DNA of 64,000 nucleotides from Paraspadella gotoi (Eukaryota > Animalia > Chaetognatha): the NCBI GenBank assembly GCA_051294375.1, contig CM119265.1, forward strand, positions 2,514,220-2,578,219. Reading direction: 5' to 3'. The translations under genes and the position numbers were made by a program. The notes below the pieces were generated by a model. That model was not told the DNA's origin and did no database searches. It saw only the letters and a program-made list of their open reading frames with translations. Within the stretch, counting starts at the first letter, position 1; each line of letters starts with the position of its first letter. This document shows, in pieces, positions 25,199 to 38,242 of the stretch.

Positions 25199-26657
25199 AT
25201 AAAAAAACTACTACAATCTACGTATTTCGCGCTGATGAAGTCTCGCAATTAGAGCCAAAACGTCCGTTTTAAATAAATTGTTGTTTGTAAACAAGGTTTT
25301 CTGATTTTTCTGCCTTTAATAAGAGAAATAATTATTAAATAATTAAAATATTTTGGGACCTCGCGTCCAGTCATTTTTCCTTGGTCATTTCAGTTGACCT
25401 TTTCAAACCAGTATTTTTACCGTTCTAGTTTCTTTTTTTTGACTTTATCATAATCGTTTATCAGCATAAGATCGGCTGTATGAAACAGGATTTTGAAAAC
25501 AAATTTATTGTATAATATTTATTTCGCTATTCACTTATTCTGCGACACAAAATTCGGTTCCTGAACGCCTAGTCATTTCCTAAATTTGATTCTTCACAAT
25601 TAATTTTGGTTAAAAGAAACCTCATGCCAGCGACTTGAAAAGCGGCAAGAAAATGGTCATATAAGGTCAGTGAAAACGATTGACCATTTGCTAACGATAT
25701 TTTTATTAACATCTGTTTTATTATTTTTTTTAAATCTTGACTTGCCGGCAGCAACGATTTTTGCAGTTGTTTTAACTGCAGCAAAAAATTAGTTTGGTAT
25801 TTGGCCAGTAAGTTTTGAGAAATTCGAGAATCGGGCCATCCCGTGATACAGGCTTTTTTTTGTGGCTCTCCAAATCTTGAGAAAAGAGAAAATTACGACT
25901 AAATTCCCAAAATCTTATTGTAGAAAATCTTTTGTATTTTCTATGCCTGCGAGGTCGCGCGTTTGAGGCGTCGGTCGACGGATGAACAGGTTTTGACAAG
26001 GAGCAAGGATTTTGTAGTATCTTACTAAATCTCAAAGCGTGAAGAAAACCTCGAAAAATGTAGAATAAATCGTGGATTATTGGTATTTTCATCGATCAAT
26101 GGCAAATTAATGAAATGTTGAATAAATATTTTTAATAAATCCTTGGTATCTGTATTAGTATGTATTAGTATGAGACTGCTGATCTTTTCTTTAAAAATAA
26201 CAAGTGATGAGGTTTTTGGCCGAAAGAAAGCAACCAGAAAGCGACTAAAATGGTGAAAAGACTGGTCTGGTAATGTGAACTCAAATGACTAAAAAAGTGA
26301 CTCGACGCGAAATAACAAAATATCTTTCACTTATATTTTTGAAAACATAAATCATGAATAATGAGGGAAATGTGGTTTGGAGCCTATGTTAAGACATTCC
26401 AAGCAGGCTACATCGAATACTCATTCTGCAGTCGTGAAAAGAAAATACCTTTTCACAGAGGAATTTAGTTTATGTAGCGAGTGCTGTTTTCAAAGATGAG
26501 AAAATTTAAAGACGGTATTAAATTAAAGTTTTTATTTTTGTTTCATACAACAAATATAATTAGTATGAAAAACGGATATTTTTTTGCTTTATTGTTAGCC
26601 TTCATCAGCGCAAAATTTTGATTTGAAATTCTCAGATTTTTAGCCAAAAGTAATGAT

Positions 26658-26689
<32 letters not shown>

Positions 26690-29600
26690 AAAAGAGAGAA
26701 AAAAAAGAAGGCCAACAATATAGTCAAAACATTTCTCATACTAATTACATTCGTTGTATGAAACAAAAATAAAAACTTTTTACTTTAATTCTTCCTAAGC
26801 AAAGAAATGAAATAATTTATTTTCAAACTTATTTATTTTAAAGTTTGATACGTACGTAATTCTTTCGTTTCTTCCCCCCCCCAAAAAAAATTTTAAACTA
26901 AAGCATACAGTGATCACCTTTTGATTTACTTTGGCAAAGATACATATAGAAAACATTTTAAATGAAAGACTTTGTTAATGTTCTTGATTATATGACGATA
27001 TGCCATAATTCTCTTGTTAGTAATAATATTTGAAATAAATTTGTTATTTAGTTGTTTGCCAGAAGTTAATTAGAATATTTAGATAACAGTTATTTCATAA
27101 AAGTTGGTAATTTAAAGGTTAGTTAGATAGTATAGATTACTTTTAACTAATTTAGCATAAGATATAGTAATTATTTATCATAGTTGATCTAAAACTTCCA
27201 ATTTTTGTAATTTTAGTTTTGTTCGACCTAATTTGCATATTACAGTAGATTTATTCGGATGGCGCAAAGAATAGGGTAATTTCATTGGGCTGAATGGCGC
27301 TTAAAAATCTTGTAATTATACTACTACGTCATTTAAAAAGTCCCCACTGGGATTATAAATATAATTGTTTTATTTTAGGTATTGCTCCTCCCCCTATATT
27401 TATATATTAAATATAGTTTTTTTAATTTTTAACCCACTTAATGAAAGAATTTTTTAAAATGATTTATATTTTCTTTTATCAACTTTTGATGAGGAATTCT
27501 AATCTGCAATCAAAATTAAGAAAAGCCTATTTTGAATTTTTTTGATTTTATAAGGAGAGAGAGAGAGCTATATCGAATACTTGTACCTATGTCTATGACA
27601 GTCAGTCTCTCTCTCTCTCTCTCTCCCTCTTTTTTTTCACATAGTTTGCCTATAATTTTACAAATTCTATAAATAAAAAAATCGTTGTTGAATCTCAAAT
27701 TCTTTTTTTTGCATTATTTATCATAATTCGATTTTCTGATATGATAAAATGATTTACCAACAAGAGTTGGGTAGGACCAACGGACCGACAAAGTGTGTAA
27801 TAAGTAATAAACTAACAAAAGTCTGGTATAAATATTGTTAATGTGTTTATTAAAGATCGTAAAAATTTAAAAAAAATAATGTTTATCTTATGGTTAAACG
27901 CATGAAAGCTATTTTATATTAAAACTAAAACGGTCTGATTGTAATCGGAACCTCTCCTAAGTTTTTCGTGCTCGCTTTCAACGATCTAATTTTGGGTCCT
28001 CCCGATTTTTTTTCATTGACACGACAGAAGCGGAAAACATGTGACGTCGCGTGTTTCAACTGGTTTGTTCAATTCATTCTTTTTCTTTTTTTGTGTAACC
28101 TGTTATTTGGAAAACCGGTTATTTTCGGAAAGAAGTGAATAATTTAGGAGTCTGAAAATGTTTAATAAGTTATTTCACATGTTGTAAACAATAAAAAATA
28201 TAGAATTAATACCGAATAAGTAAACCTAATATTATCGATAACCTATCGTTTACCTTATTATAATTTTATAATTTAATTTATAATTATATATATAATAATA
28301 ATATAATATTATTATATTATATTATTATTATATATTTATTTTTTAATTTTTTTTAACCCACTTAATGAAGGAATTTTTAAAAATTAAATTAATGTTCACT
28401 GAATTTTCGTATGTAACTTTCACTACGCTCTTATGAGCAACGCCTCAAGAACAAAGTCAATTCTTCATCAAAATAACTCTCATCAAAATGTTACTATTAA
28501 TAAAACGGAAAAAAGTTATTGCTGTGCTAGTGATGCTGAGTGCATTGTTTTATTTTTTGTTACTGCAACATTCATTTGACAAATCAAATGACTGGAGTCG
28601 AGAAATATTAGGTGAGTCCATGTCTGGAGAAAGATAAGAATTAATCAATGTGAAATTTCCCCAAAAAAGATAAATACTTTTCATTTCATCAATTCAACCT
28701 CCCTAAAATAGCCAAAGTCCGCAGGGGGCTGAAAATCCGCAAATTCACCACGGATGACCTTTTGTTTTCCTCGAAATTTCGCGCCAACCCGTGTGGAAAA
28801 AAGAGAACGCCATCTCACGAGCGAAACAAGAGAAATTGTGGGGAGAATTGGGCGGTGACTACGACAGTAATGTCCTCGCCAAGCGAAGCCGTACGAAGGT
28901 TTTTGTACATGGAGAAATGGTGCTTGGTTGTTGTCGGCGAGATTGACCGAATGGAGGTAAGCTGTTTTGTCTCCATTGCTTTGGCAGCTTAGAGTCAGTC
29001 TTTGAGCTTAAAATGGTTAATGCATATACTTAGTTGAATTTGTTTGATTCGTAGAACTATTACTTCGAAACCACCATTGGAAAGAACATTATAATACTGA
29101 CAAAAGCGGATCAAGAAAAAATAAACACATTTATTTCACATAAGTATGACGACCCAATATTGTTTAGCCCCAAAAATATCGGCTATCTTTACGCCATCGC
29201 TCATGGTGCGAAATTTATTTGGGATTTTGATGATGACAACCCTTTAAAATTTTGGATGGAGAATGCGACCCCTGATCCCGCAATGGATATAATGACATAT
29301 ATTAAACCACAACGTAATTTTTTAAAAATTCAATAATTGAAACTTAATTTAAATAACATTGATGAATGAGAAAAATCCTAATTTTTAGATACAAAATTTT
29401 TCAGTAAGATTTATAAAACAAAATCATATTCCTTATCTTTTATTTTCATTTTAGAATATGGAATTGTTGAGCCCATTCTAAAGGAGGACATCTTTGCCTA
29501 CAATCCTTATCCAAGTTTAGGGGCTTCACTTTGGCCACGGGGATTTCCAAGGAATATTATAAATTCTTCAAACTTGGATCTTAAATTAAAACCTGTCAAA

Positions 29601-32600
29601 AATAGTTCCGTCAGTTTTGGAGTTTTGCAATCTCTAGCAGATATTCAACCTGATGTCATTCATAACCCAAAAGACCCCAGGAGAATTATCTTTAAACGTC
29701 GAGCAGGTAAACATATTTTATAAAAATTGCAAAATTAGTAGTTTCACTTTTTTAAGGTTTAGATTTTATAATATTTATTAAAAATTCTATATTTATTTTA
29801 TTATTATTATTTTTATATATATATTTTTTATTAATCTAAAACTAAATCTGAAAATATTGTTTTGTGGCAACAGCCAGGTTGCCTGTGATGCCCATTGGGA
29901 TGGAGCATCTCGCTGTTGACTTTGGGGGCTTCCGACCCTCAGTGACGGGCTTGCTTTGCCAACGCAGAGGGAAGTCGTTAGGACTGTGGAACGCAACGCC
30001 TGGGATGGTGCGTTCCCCCTCTGAGCCAATGGTATTGGCTGAAGATGGTGGACATGAGGCTGTGTGAATATACCACCACAATATTATTAATTGGAGAGGG
30101 ATGTTATTGTTATCTTCTTATGCTATTCTAAAACACCATAAGGCAGATTTAACGAGCTTATTAAATTATCTATCAAATCCATCAACTTTTAAGGTGGATC
30201 GTCGAGTAAAACTTGCTACCTCGCAAGCCAAATCCAATGATACGAAAGAAAAATTCATTATACATAAACTATACGCCAATAAAAAAAATTTATAACACCA
30301 ATTGAAATAAAAATCATTTAAAAACACTTTAAAACATGCTCAAAATGCTATCAAAACCAGTACAAAAAAATTGGCATTGCTAGAAAAAATTCTTCTTTAT
30401 GCAGCAAAAAACCTTGTCCAAAAGCAGCTCTAATTACCATTACAAAAGTCGAATGCTCATAACAACTTTGGTTTCTGATTACAAACCTTTCTAGTTCTAA
30501 ATCACAAAAATAAAAAAAATAAGATTTTACAGGTTGGAACATCAGGATAGCTAAGGAACATCCCCTTCTCGAACTGATTTTTTTTTTTAATTAAGGTAAA
30601 AAACTTTTATGCAGAGGATGCTGTGGATAAGGCGCTAAGTGGGCTGAAGATGACTATCCATAACTTCTTTAACCCCCTCTGCAGCTATGGAACGGGTCCT
30701 GGGCTTGGAACCAGGCTTGAGGGTTTTCCACGCCCCCAAGGGGCTTACGGCCGTCCTCACACTTCCCGCAGAGTAGGTACCGGGTTGGGATTGAACCCGG
30801 TACCTAGTGGTCATGAGCTGATGGCTTTACTCAATGAGCCACCGGGTCACAACTGAAGGATTCATGCTTAGAGGCGGGGTGAACTTTGCTATGCCCGACT
30901 ACATGCCCCCAGATTGTAACCCACCCTGCACTGCTTCCAGTGGAGGGAGGGGAGCAATCTTCAGCACGTCCATGGGCCTGGAATCAGAAGGTTGGAATAC
31001 GCTCGACAGGATGGGCTCACCAGTGTGGATAAGGCGCTAAGTGGGCTGAAGATGACTATCCATAACTTCTTTAACCCCCTCTAGCAGCTATGGAACGGGT
31101 CCTGGGCTTGGAACCAGGCTTTAGGGTTTTCCACGCCCCCAAGGCGGCTTACGGCCGTCCTCACACTTCCCGCAGAGTAGGTACCGGGTTGGGATTGAAC
31201 CCGGTACCTAGTGGTCATGAGCTGATGGCTTTACTCAATGAGCCACCGGGTCACAACTGAAGGATTCATGCTTAGAGGCGGGGTGAACTTTGCTATGCCC
31301 GACTACAATGCTAGTAATTAATTTTTTAATATTTATTTATAATAGGAAAGGCCAAAAATCTTTTTTAGAATTTTAAATTTTAAGACCAGATTCAGATAGC
31401 TTACAAAAAGTATAATTCTTTTTTAAATATTTTTACAATGTGTCAAAAATAAGAAAAACCGTAAAAAATCATCATCATTATCATCTTTTGATGATTTTAT
31501 TATTTTTTTATATTTTCAATTAGAAAACGTAAGAATTTTTAAAAGCTGTAATTATATTCTTGTTTAACTTTTTATGCTCTTTTTACCCATCAAAAAATTT
31601 TAAGATTTCAAAAAAAAATGTTTTGCTCTATATAGTAATACAATATAGTACTCAAAAAACATTTTTGACAAAAAATATTTGATACATAATCTATGGTCAT
31701 GATAGATTATTTTAACGCTGTATACATAAGAATTTAAATTTCATCGGCTATGGCTAGCACAAAAGCAGTCTTTGAAATTGCTTAGTCAGCCATCTAGAAT
31801 TATTTGAATAAAGGCTAGGGCATCATTCTCTCAGGAACCAAAAGGTTTACTGACTTAATAGTGGACAAAAAAACACCAATATATCTGTAACACTACCTTA
31901 AAAACTTAATACTGTAGAAGACGAAATAGTAATAATAAAAGTGAGAAGAAGGTGAAGAATTGTGACGATGTAAGAGAAGTAGAAAAGAAGTGAGTCAGCT
32001 CTCTCCTGATCCACTTTTATCATCGCCCGGACCAACTTGACCTTACGGTCGCCTCGGCCCTATTACTGTGTCCGGTCAATCTAAGGTCATTGCCAAAGCT
32101 AGGGCAAAGTGACCGTGTGGAATAGACCGGCTCGAAGAAAGAGGAGAAGGAAGGGTTTAGAGAGAGAGACCGGAGGTAAGTCGCCTCAATACAAAATTTT
32201 TCATTTCACTCAATTTTAACAAATATGATTCGCCGACAATTTGGCGATTTTACCATCTTTGTAAGAAAATAGATTTGAAGTTGTTAATGATAATTGATTA
32301 AAATAAAATTCATACACAAAAAAAACGTCAGATAGCTATTTATCATTTAAAAAAATCTGAGTAAGTCTATCTCAACTCGGTAAAGTACAGCAGTGGCTTC
32401 TTTTGTATCATCGGATTTGGCTCACAGGGTAATTATAAGCATCTTAAATTCATTATTATCTTTCCCAGACGCCGGTTACAAACTCCTTCCAACGCCATCC
32501 TCCCCAGTAGTCCGGGTTCCAAAAATACTGTCACCCCATAAACGCCCAAGCGACGTTGCATTTCTACGACGCCTTCTGGGCCTTGTATTTGCCCTCGTCG

Positions 32601-35600
32601 CTGAGCCCACACATCGCAGACATTTGGAGATCATATGTGGGGCAGTCCCTCTTTCCTCTAGCGGGCTTGGCCGTCGGAGTACTCCTCGTCCGCTGGTCGC
32701 CCGGGAACGGAAGGGGTTTGACAGAAAAGCCCCTTCAAACCTCGAAACCGCGACATCAGCTCTGGTCGAGCATCTCGTGCGGAAATATGTTCGTTCTGCT
32801 ACAAAAGAAAACTTGCTGGAGAAACTGGAGTCATTATGGTTCGATCTGTATGAAAAGGGATTCGTGAAAGAGGACGAGTTGCGGTCGCTCCAGCGGTGGA
32901 TCCAAACGCTGCTCCGCGTCGGCTACAGATTTCCCGGTGGAGCAGACACCAAATATTGTTACGAAGAAGACGTCTTTGTCAAATACGGCCTCGTGTCGCA
33001 CGGGCGACCGATTGACGAACTCGCCGCCGACGCTTTAGGATCAAAGTCGCTCGACGTTCGATGCAAATCTAAAAACTTGACTTTCGCCACCGCCGACATG
33101 CATAGCGGATTGAGGACAGAACAGGTCTACTACCTCGCGACTTTGGAACAATACTTTTATCTGATGGTTGGAAAGGCTCGTTGAAGAATTACCCAGTGTT
33201 TAACAAATGGAAACGCGTGTCGACCATCAAAAAGTTGTCGCCTGTGCTCAATGGATATCGAACACACCTCGACCAAGCAGCAAAAAAATTGGCCGATAGA
33301 AAATTACAATTTTTACAAGGACGACGCGATGGTTAAAAAAATCGATGCTTTCGTTTGCACCTTTCCAGCCTCGATGTGTCTTTTATGGGTTCCTTTCGAC
33401 AAATCCATCGTACTGCTGGCCGGGCACCGATACAACTTGGGTCGGTGTTCCCTGGAGGATTGGGGATCTTACAACGATCAGGTCGCGAAATGGTCTAAAG
33501 ATCCTAAAAATGTCATCGTTTCCACTAATCGATACGACGTAGAGTACTTGCGCTACTACACCGGAATAACTCCTCAGCTCCTTCGGAGCGAGGGTGGTTA
33601 TTTTATACCTAAAGTAGATAAGATCGTTTCGAAAGAAACGATTATAGTTTTTTCCTAGACAAGGGATTCAGCAATGCTATTAAAACGATCTTAAAACCAG
33701 AAATGAAATCGGAGCACATCCGCGTCGTATATCCCCGCTACCAACCGAACGACTTGGTTGGACACAAGGCCATCGTCTTTCTTCCTTACGCCGTTTACAC
33801 CATCAAAATTTTCGAACTCTACGCCTTGGGCGTTCCATTATTTTTTTCCATCTCTCAAACACTTTTTACGCGAGCGAAAAGGGATGGGTAGCGACAGAAC
33901 GATGGTGTCGCCGCCGTACTGCAGATCGCCGAAGCTCGAAAAGGCGACGAGACCCGACGTGGCGGCGGGATTGAGCCCTCACGTTTACAGCCCGAATCTA
34001 GATTATAAAGAAGATGCGGAGGCGGAGATGTATTGGCTCCAGTTCGCGGATTGGAACGAGATGCCCTACGCTCAATACTTTGACGATTTGCCTCATCTTA
34101 AAAAATTGTTGTTGACGACGGATTTCGCGGATCTTCGAGCCAAGATTCGACGGGAAAATGACGTCAAGGAATTTAACGTCAAGAAAAATTGGTGCCGAGT
34201 AGTGGAGAAAATTGCACCGCGAAAAACAAAAAAAGGCTGTGACGATCCAATATATAGAGCTTATGTAATATTTACTTTACTTTTGTATATTGTTTTTTTA
34301 TTGTTTTACGTTGATTTTATAGCTTTAGCCATTGGGCTCCACGTACGATCGAAGTCTTTCAGATAATGATTTTTGACTTAAATAATTTCATCTTTTGATC
34401 TAAGTGATAAGTATGAAGTTTTTATCGAGCTTACCGGCGAAGCCGGTTCAGGCTCGATATTGATTCAGGTCAGCTTCTTTGTGACGTCGTCGTCGTTGTC
34501 GTCGGCGTCACGCTGTTTTTATATAAAAACTACTACGCTTTTATAGTTTGGCTGGGACTTACCGTTTTTTTTTTAAATAAAAATTATTACAAAAAATTAT
34601 TACAAAAGTGTGCGATCATAGTAAGTTGAAAATTTAGATATGGCTTCTCATCTTGAAATAGTTTTGATATTTTCTTATTACATTTGGATTTAAGTATTTT
34701 TTGTTTGAATTTCCACTTTATTATGATTTACTGCAATATGCAAATGAGATTATAGTACTCATTATAATATCCAAATTAGTATATAGAAATGCTTTAATCT
34801 AATTTACATATTGCAGTATATAATATTAAAGATGAAATTTTTTTTTAAATTTATAATAAAAATGGGAAATCAAAAGACCTTTTTAATGAGAAGCTTATAT
34901 CTTAACTTTTGAATACAAATAAAAATAAAATCTTTTACAAGCTATTGATTGAAAAAATTTGTAACAATTTCCAATTGTAAAACAATTGTAACATTTTTTC
35001 CCTTTTTTTTTATCTTTAAATTATATATATATTTTTCTTCTTTAAAAAAAAAAAAAAAAAAATTTTGTCAGGTTGCTGCCTCTTCTGAACCCTTTTAAAA
35101 ACGATGTTCAGGCTCTGCAGTGATTGTACAACTGGCCTTACCAGCCGCTGTCCAGTTTCTCTCTTTCTCTCTCTGTCTCTGTCTGTCTCTTTCTTTCTCT
35201 CTCGTCTCGTCTCTCTCCTCTCTCTGTACGTTCTTTGCGTAATCGTTTTTTGAAAAAATTCTTTTGATTATTTTTTTCCTTTTTAAAAACTTTTATTATC
35301 GCCATTTTATTCGCGGCTTTTTTCTCAATGCAAAATCCCAAATTTACATCCGAGATTTTTCGGATTATTCTCTTACTTTCTCTCTCTCTCTTTCTCTCTA
35401 TCTTTCACTCATACACGCATTGTTTGTTTTATTTATATGATTGAATGATTCATTGCGTCAATGAATGACTATCACGCATCAATGAAAGTCTAGAGTCTAT
35501 CGCTATATCTGTAAAGAGAAGAAAGGGAGATGTAATCTCCAAGAAAGCAAAAAACGCAAATCTACAAAAGGGGGTAAAAGAAATGGTAATAACAAAATGG

Positions 35601-38201
35601 CAAAAAAAATAGAAATTGGCATCGCCATTCTCTACAACTATCATCGTATTAATGAATGATTATCATCACATCAATGATGATATACATCGCATCATTCATT
35701 TGGTTATTATCATATCCAATCATTTGGTTATCAATCACATCGATCATTTGTTTCATTCGCGCAATCAATTATTGGTTATCACGCATCAATATTTGATTAT
35801 CATCGCATCAATCATTGGTTTTCAATGCGCATCAATCCTTTGGTTATCATCGCATCAATATTTGGTTATCATTGAAGGTAGGCGAGATCCTTCTTTTAAG
35901 ATTTTTTTTATAGCATAAAAAAACGGTTTGCTATGGCTATCATCATTCTTTATAACCTAAGTACGGTTCAGTTGGAATTTCTACGAGTTAAAAATACGGT
36001 AAGACATGATTTTTCGGAGATTATCAATCTAATTCATCATTAACAACCTAATTTGAAGTGAAAGTATGAATAAATGTTATGGTACCAACAACTTTTAAAG
36101 ATCAAATTCCTCCCTTTTAATTTGTGGCTTTTATTAACACCAAAACTTTTCAGGCAAGACGCCACATTATCTGATACAATTTTTTTTCCTGTCATACCGT
36201 TTCCCTGATTCTTTTTCTTCATCTCTTTTCTTCTCTGTGTTTTTATTTTCATCTTCGTCTTTCCTTCCCTACTTTTCATGCCGTAAATTACCTTTTCTAC
36301 GACCCTACCTTTCTCTGCCACTATTTGACTTTCCTTATCCTTTTTACTCACCTTCTCTCCTTCTCTTTCTTTTCCTTTCTTTTCCCCCCTCTTTTTCTTT
36401 CCATTTTCCCTTCTTTTTCCGCCTTTCCTTTATCTCCCTATTTTTTTTCCCTTTGCTTTCTTTTTTATGCTTTTCCCCCATTCTCTCCCCTTCTCCTTTT
36501 CTTGTTCTCCCTTTCCTGTTCCCTCCCACTACTTTTTTGCATTTACATTGAGCCAAATCAAAGAAATTCCTTAATATGCATTATAAGAAAATAAATTTAC
36601 CGTATCTCATGATTTTATTTCAATTTTGGTTGCCAAGCAGATTTAGTAAATTGATTCTGAGAAAAAACAAATCCTGACGCTTTCCATAGGTTTAAAAGGA
36701 TGCGGCTTTTTTTGTTTTATTAACGTCAGTATATTCCTCTACTGTTAAAACTATAAAATAAATTTAAAATCTTATCTTTATTAAAAAAAATACAAGTCAC
36801 AAAAAGTCACAAATTAATTGTCGTCTTTAAAAATTATTTATGGCTAAACGAAAAGAGTTTTTTTGATAATTTTGTAGGTGTTAAAAGATTATTCTGTGGG
36901 CTATATTTTCTGTTAGTTTAAGCCAATTTAAACTATCTTTGTTTAATAAATTATAATAAAAACTAAAACTGCGATTTTTTGATATGTCAACTTTAAAATT
37001 AATTCATAAGTGAACTATGAATGATATAAGGAAAATATTTTATTTAAGGGTGAAGAAGATAAATAAGAAAGGAATTCCGAAATAAAAAAAATTTCTCAAC
37101 TTTCCTCGGCATTCAAATTTGACGACGAAAGTGAAAATGGACAAAAATGGACATGATTTTTTTTCTTAAAAGTTGCAAAAATGTTACTCTTATATGATTA
37201 GAAATAGCTGGAGATGGTTTTAACCAATCCGTATTTTGGCCTAATTTATATTATGGTGCAAATTAAATTAATTTTGTTAACAATACAGGAAAAAGTAGTT
37301 TTTTTTTGAATGCGAGGATTGTAAGCAGAGGCATTAACAAAATCGTTCTAGGTATGGCAGTGTCTACGAAAAGGATTTTGTAATGAATGATAAATTATTT
37401 ATACTTTGGACTATATTACAAAGAGGGCTGAACAATGGGTTAAGGTCCGGGATCACTCAATTCAAATTATAATTGTTTTGAGTTAGTGACGGAACCGTTC
37501 AATATAATAAGTCCCTGAGCTTCGGATCAGGCTGTAACGCCGTGTTAGAGGCGCCCCGTCTCACTCGTCATCTTATCATCAATATTCAATCATTTCACTC
37601 ATCTTACTTGTGCCTAACTCGCGCGTGCTCGAATTCCTTCCCGCAGACTCGGCATGACTTGACTTTTTTGCTGTGTTCGAGTCTTTGGTGGAGAAGGAGA
37701 TTGGCTACTGTGGAGAATCGACGGCCGCAGGAGGAAGATGAGGAGGAAGAGGAGCAGGGGAAGGGTCGTTCGTGGTCTCCGTGGTCAGAGTCTTGGTGAA
37801 GGGACAGGCGGTTGGAGTAGAGGAACGATCTCCCGCAGTCGGGACATTCGCTGCGGAACTTGCCGTGCTCCAGCTGCAGGGAAGGGGGGAAAGTTAAATT
37901 AATCATAGATTGAGCAACGGCGACTTAATTTTAATTTTATTATCTTTTACATTTAATCTTAAGTTTTATCTGCAACGGTGGAACAACCCTCTATTTTCCC
38001 CACCTTCATGTGATAGACGATGATTCTCCAGCTCGAACTTTCATAATCGCATCTTTCGTCTTGACAAGTGTAACGACCCAAAGCGTTTGGTTCAAAGACC
38101 GGGTATTGAGACTGAAGGAAAGGAGATGCTACATGAAAATATGACGCTCGGGATTTTCTTTACTCTGTGGACAACGATCAGTTCGCCGAGGACGAACCTC
38201 A

Positions 38202-38242
<41 letters not shown>

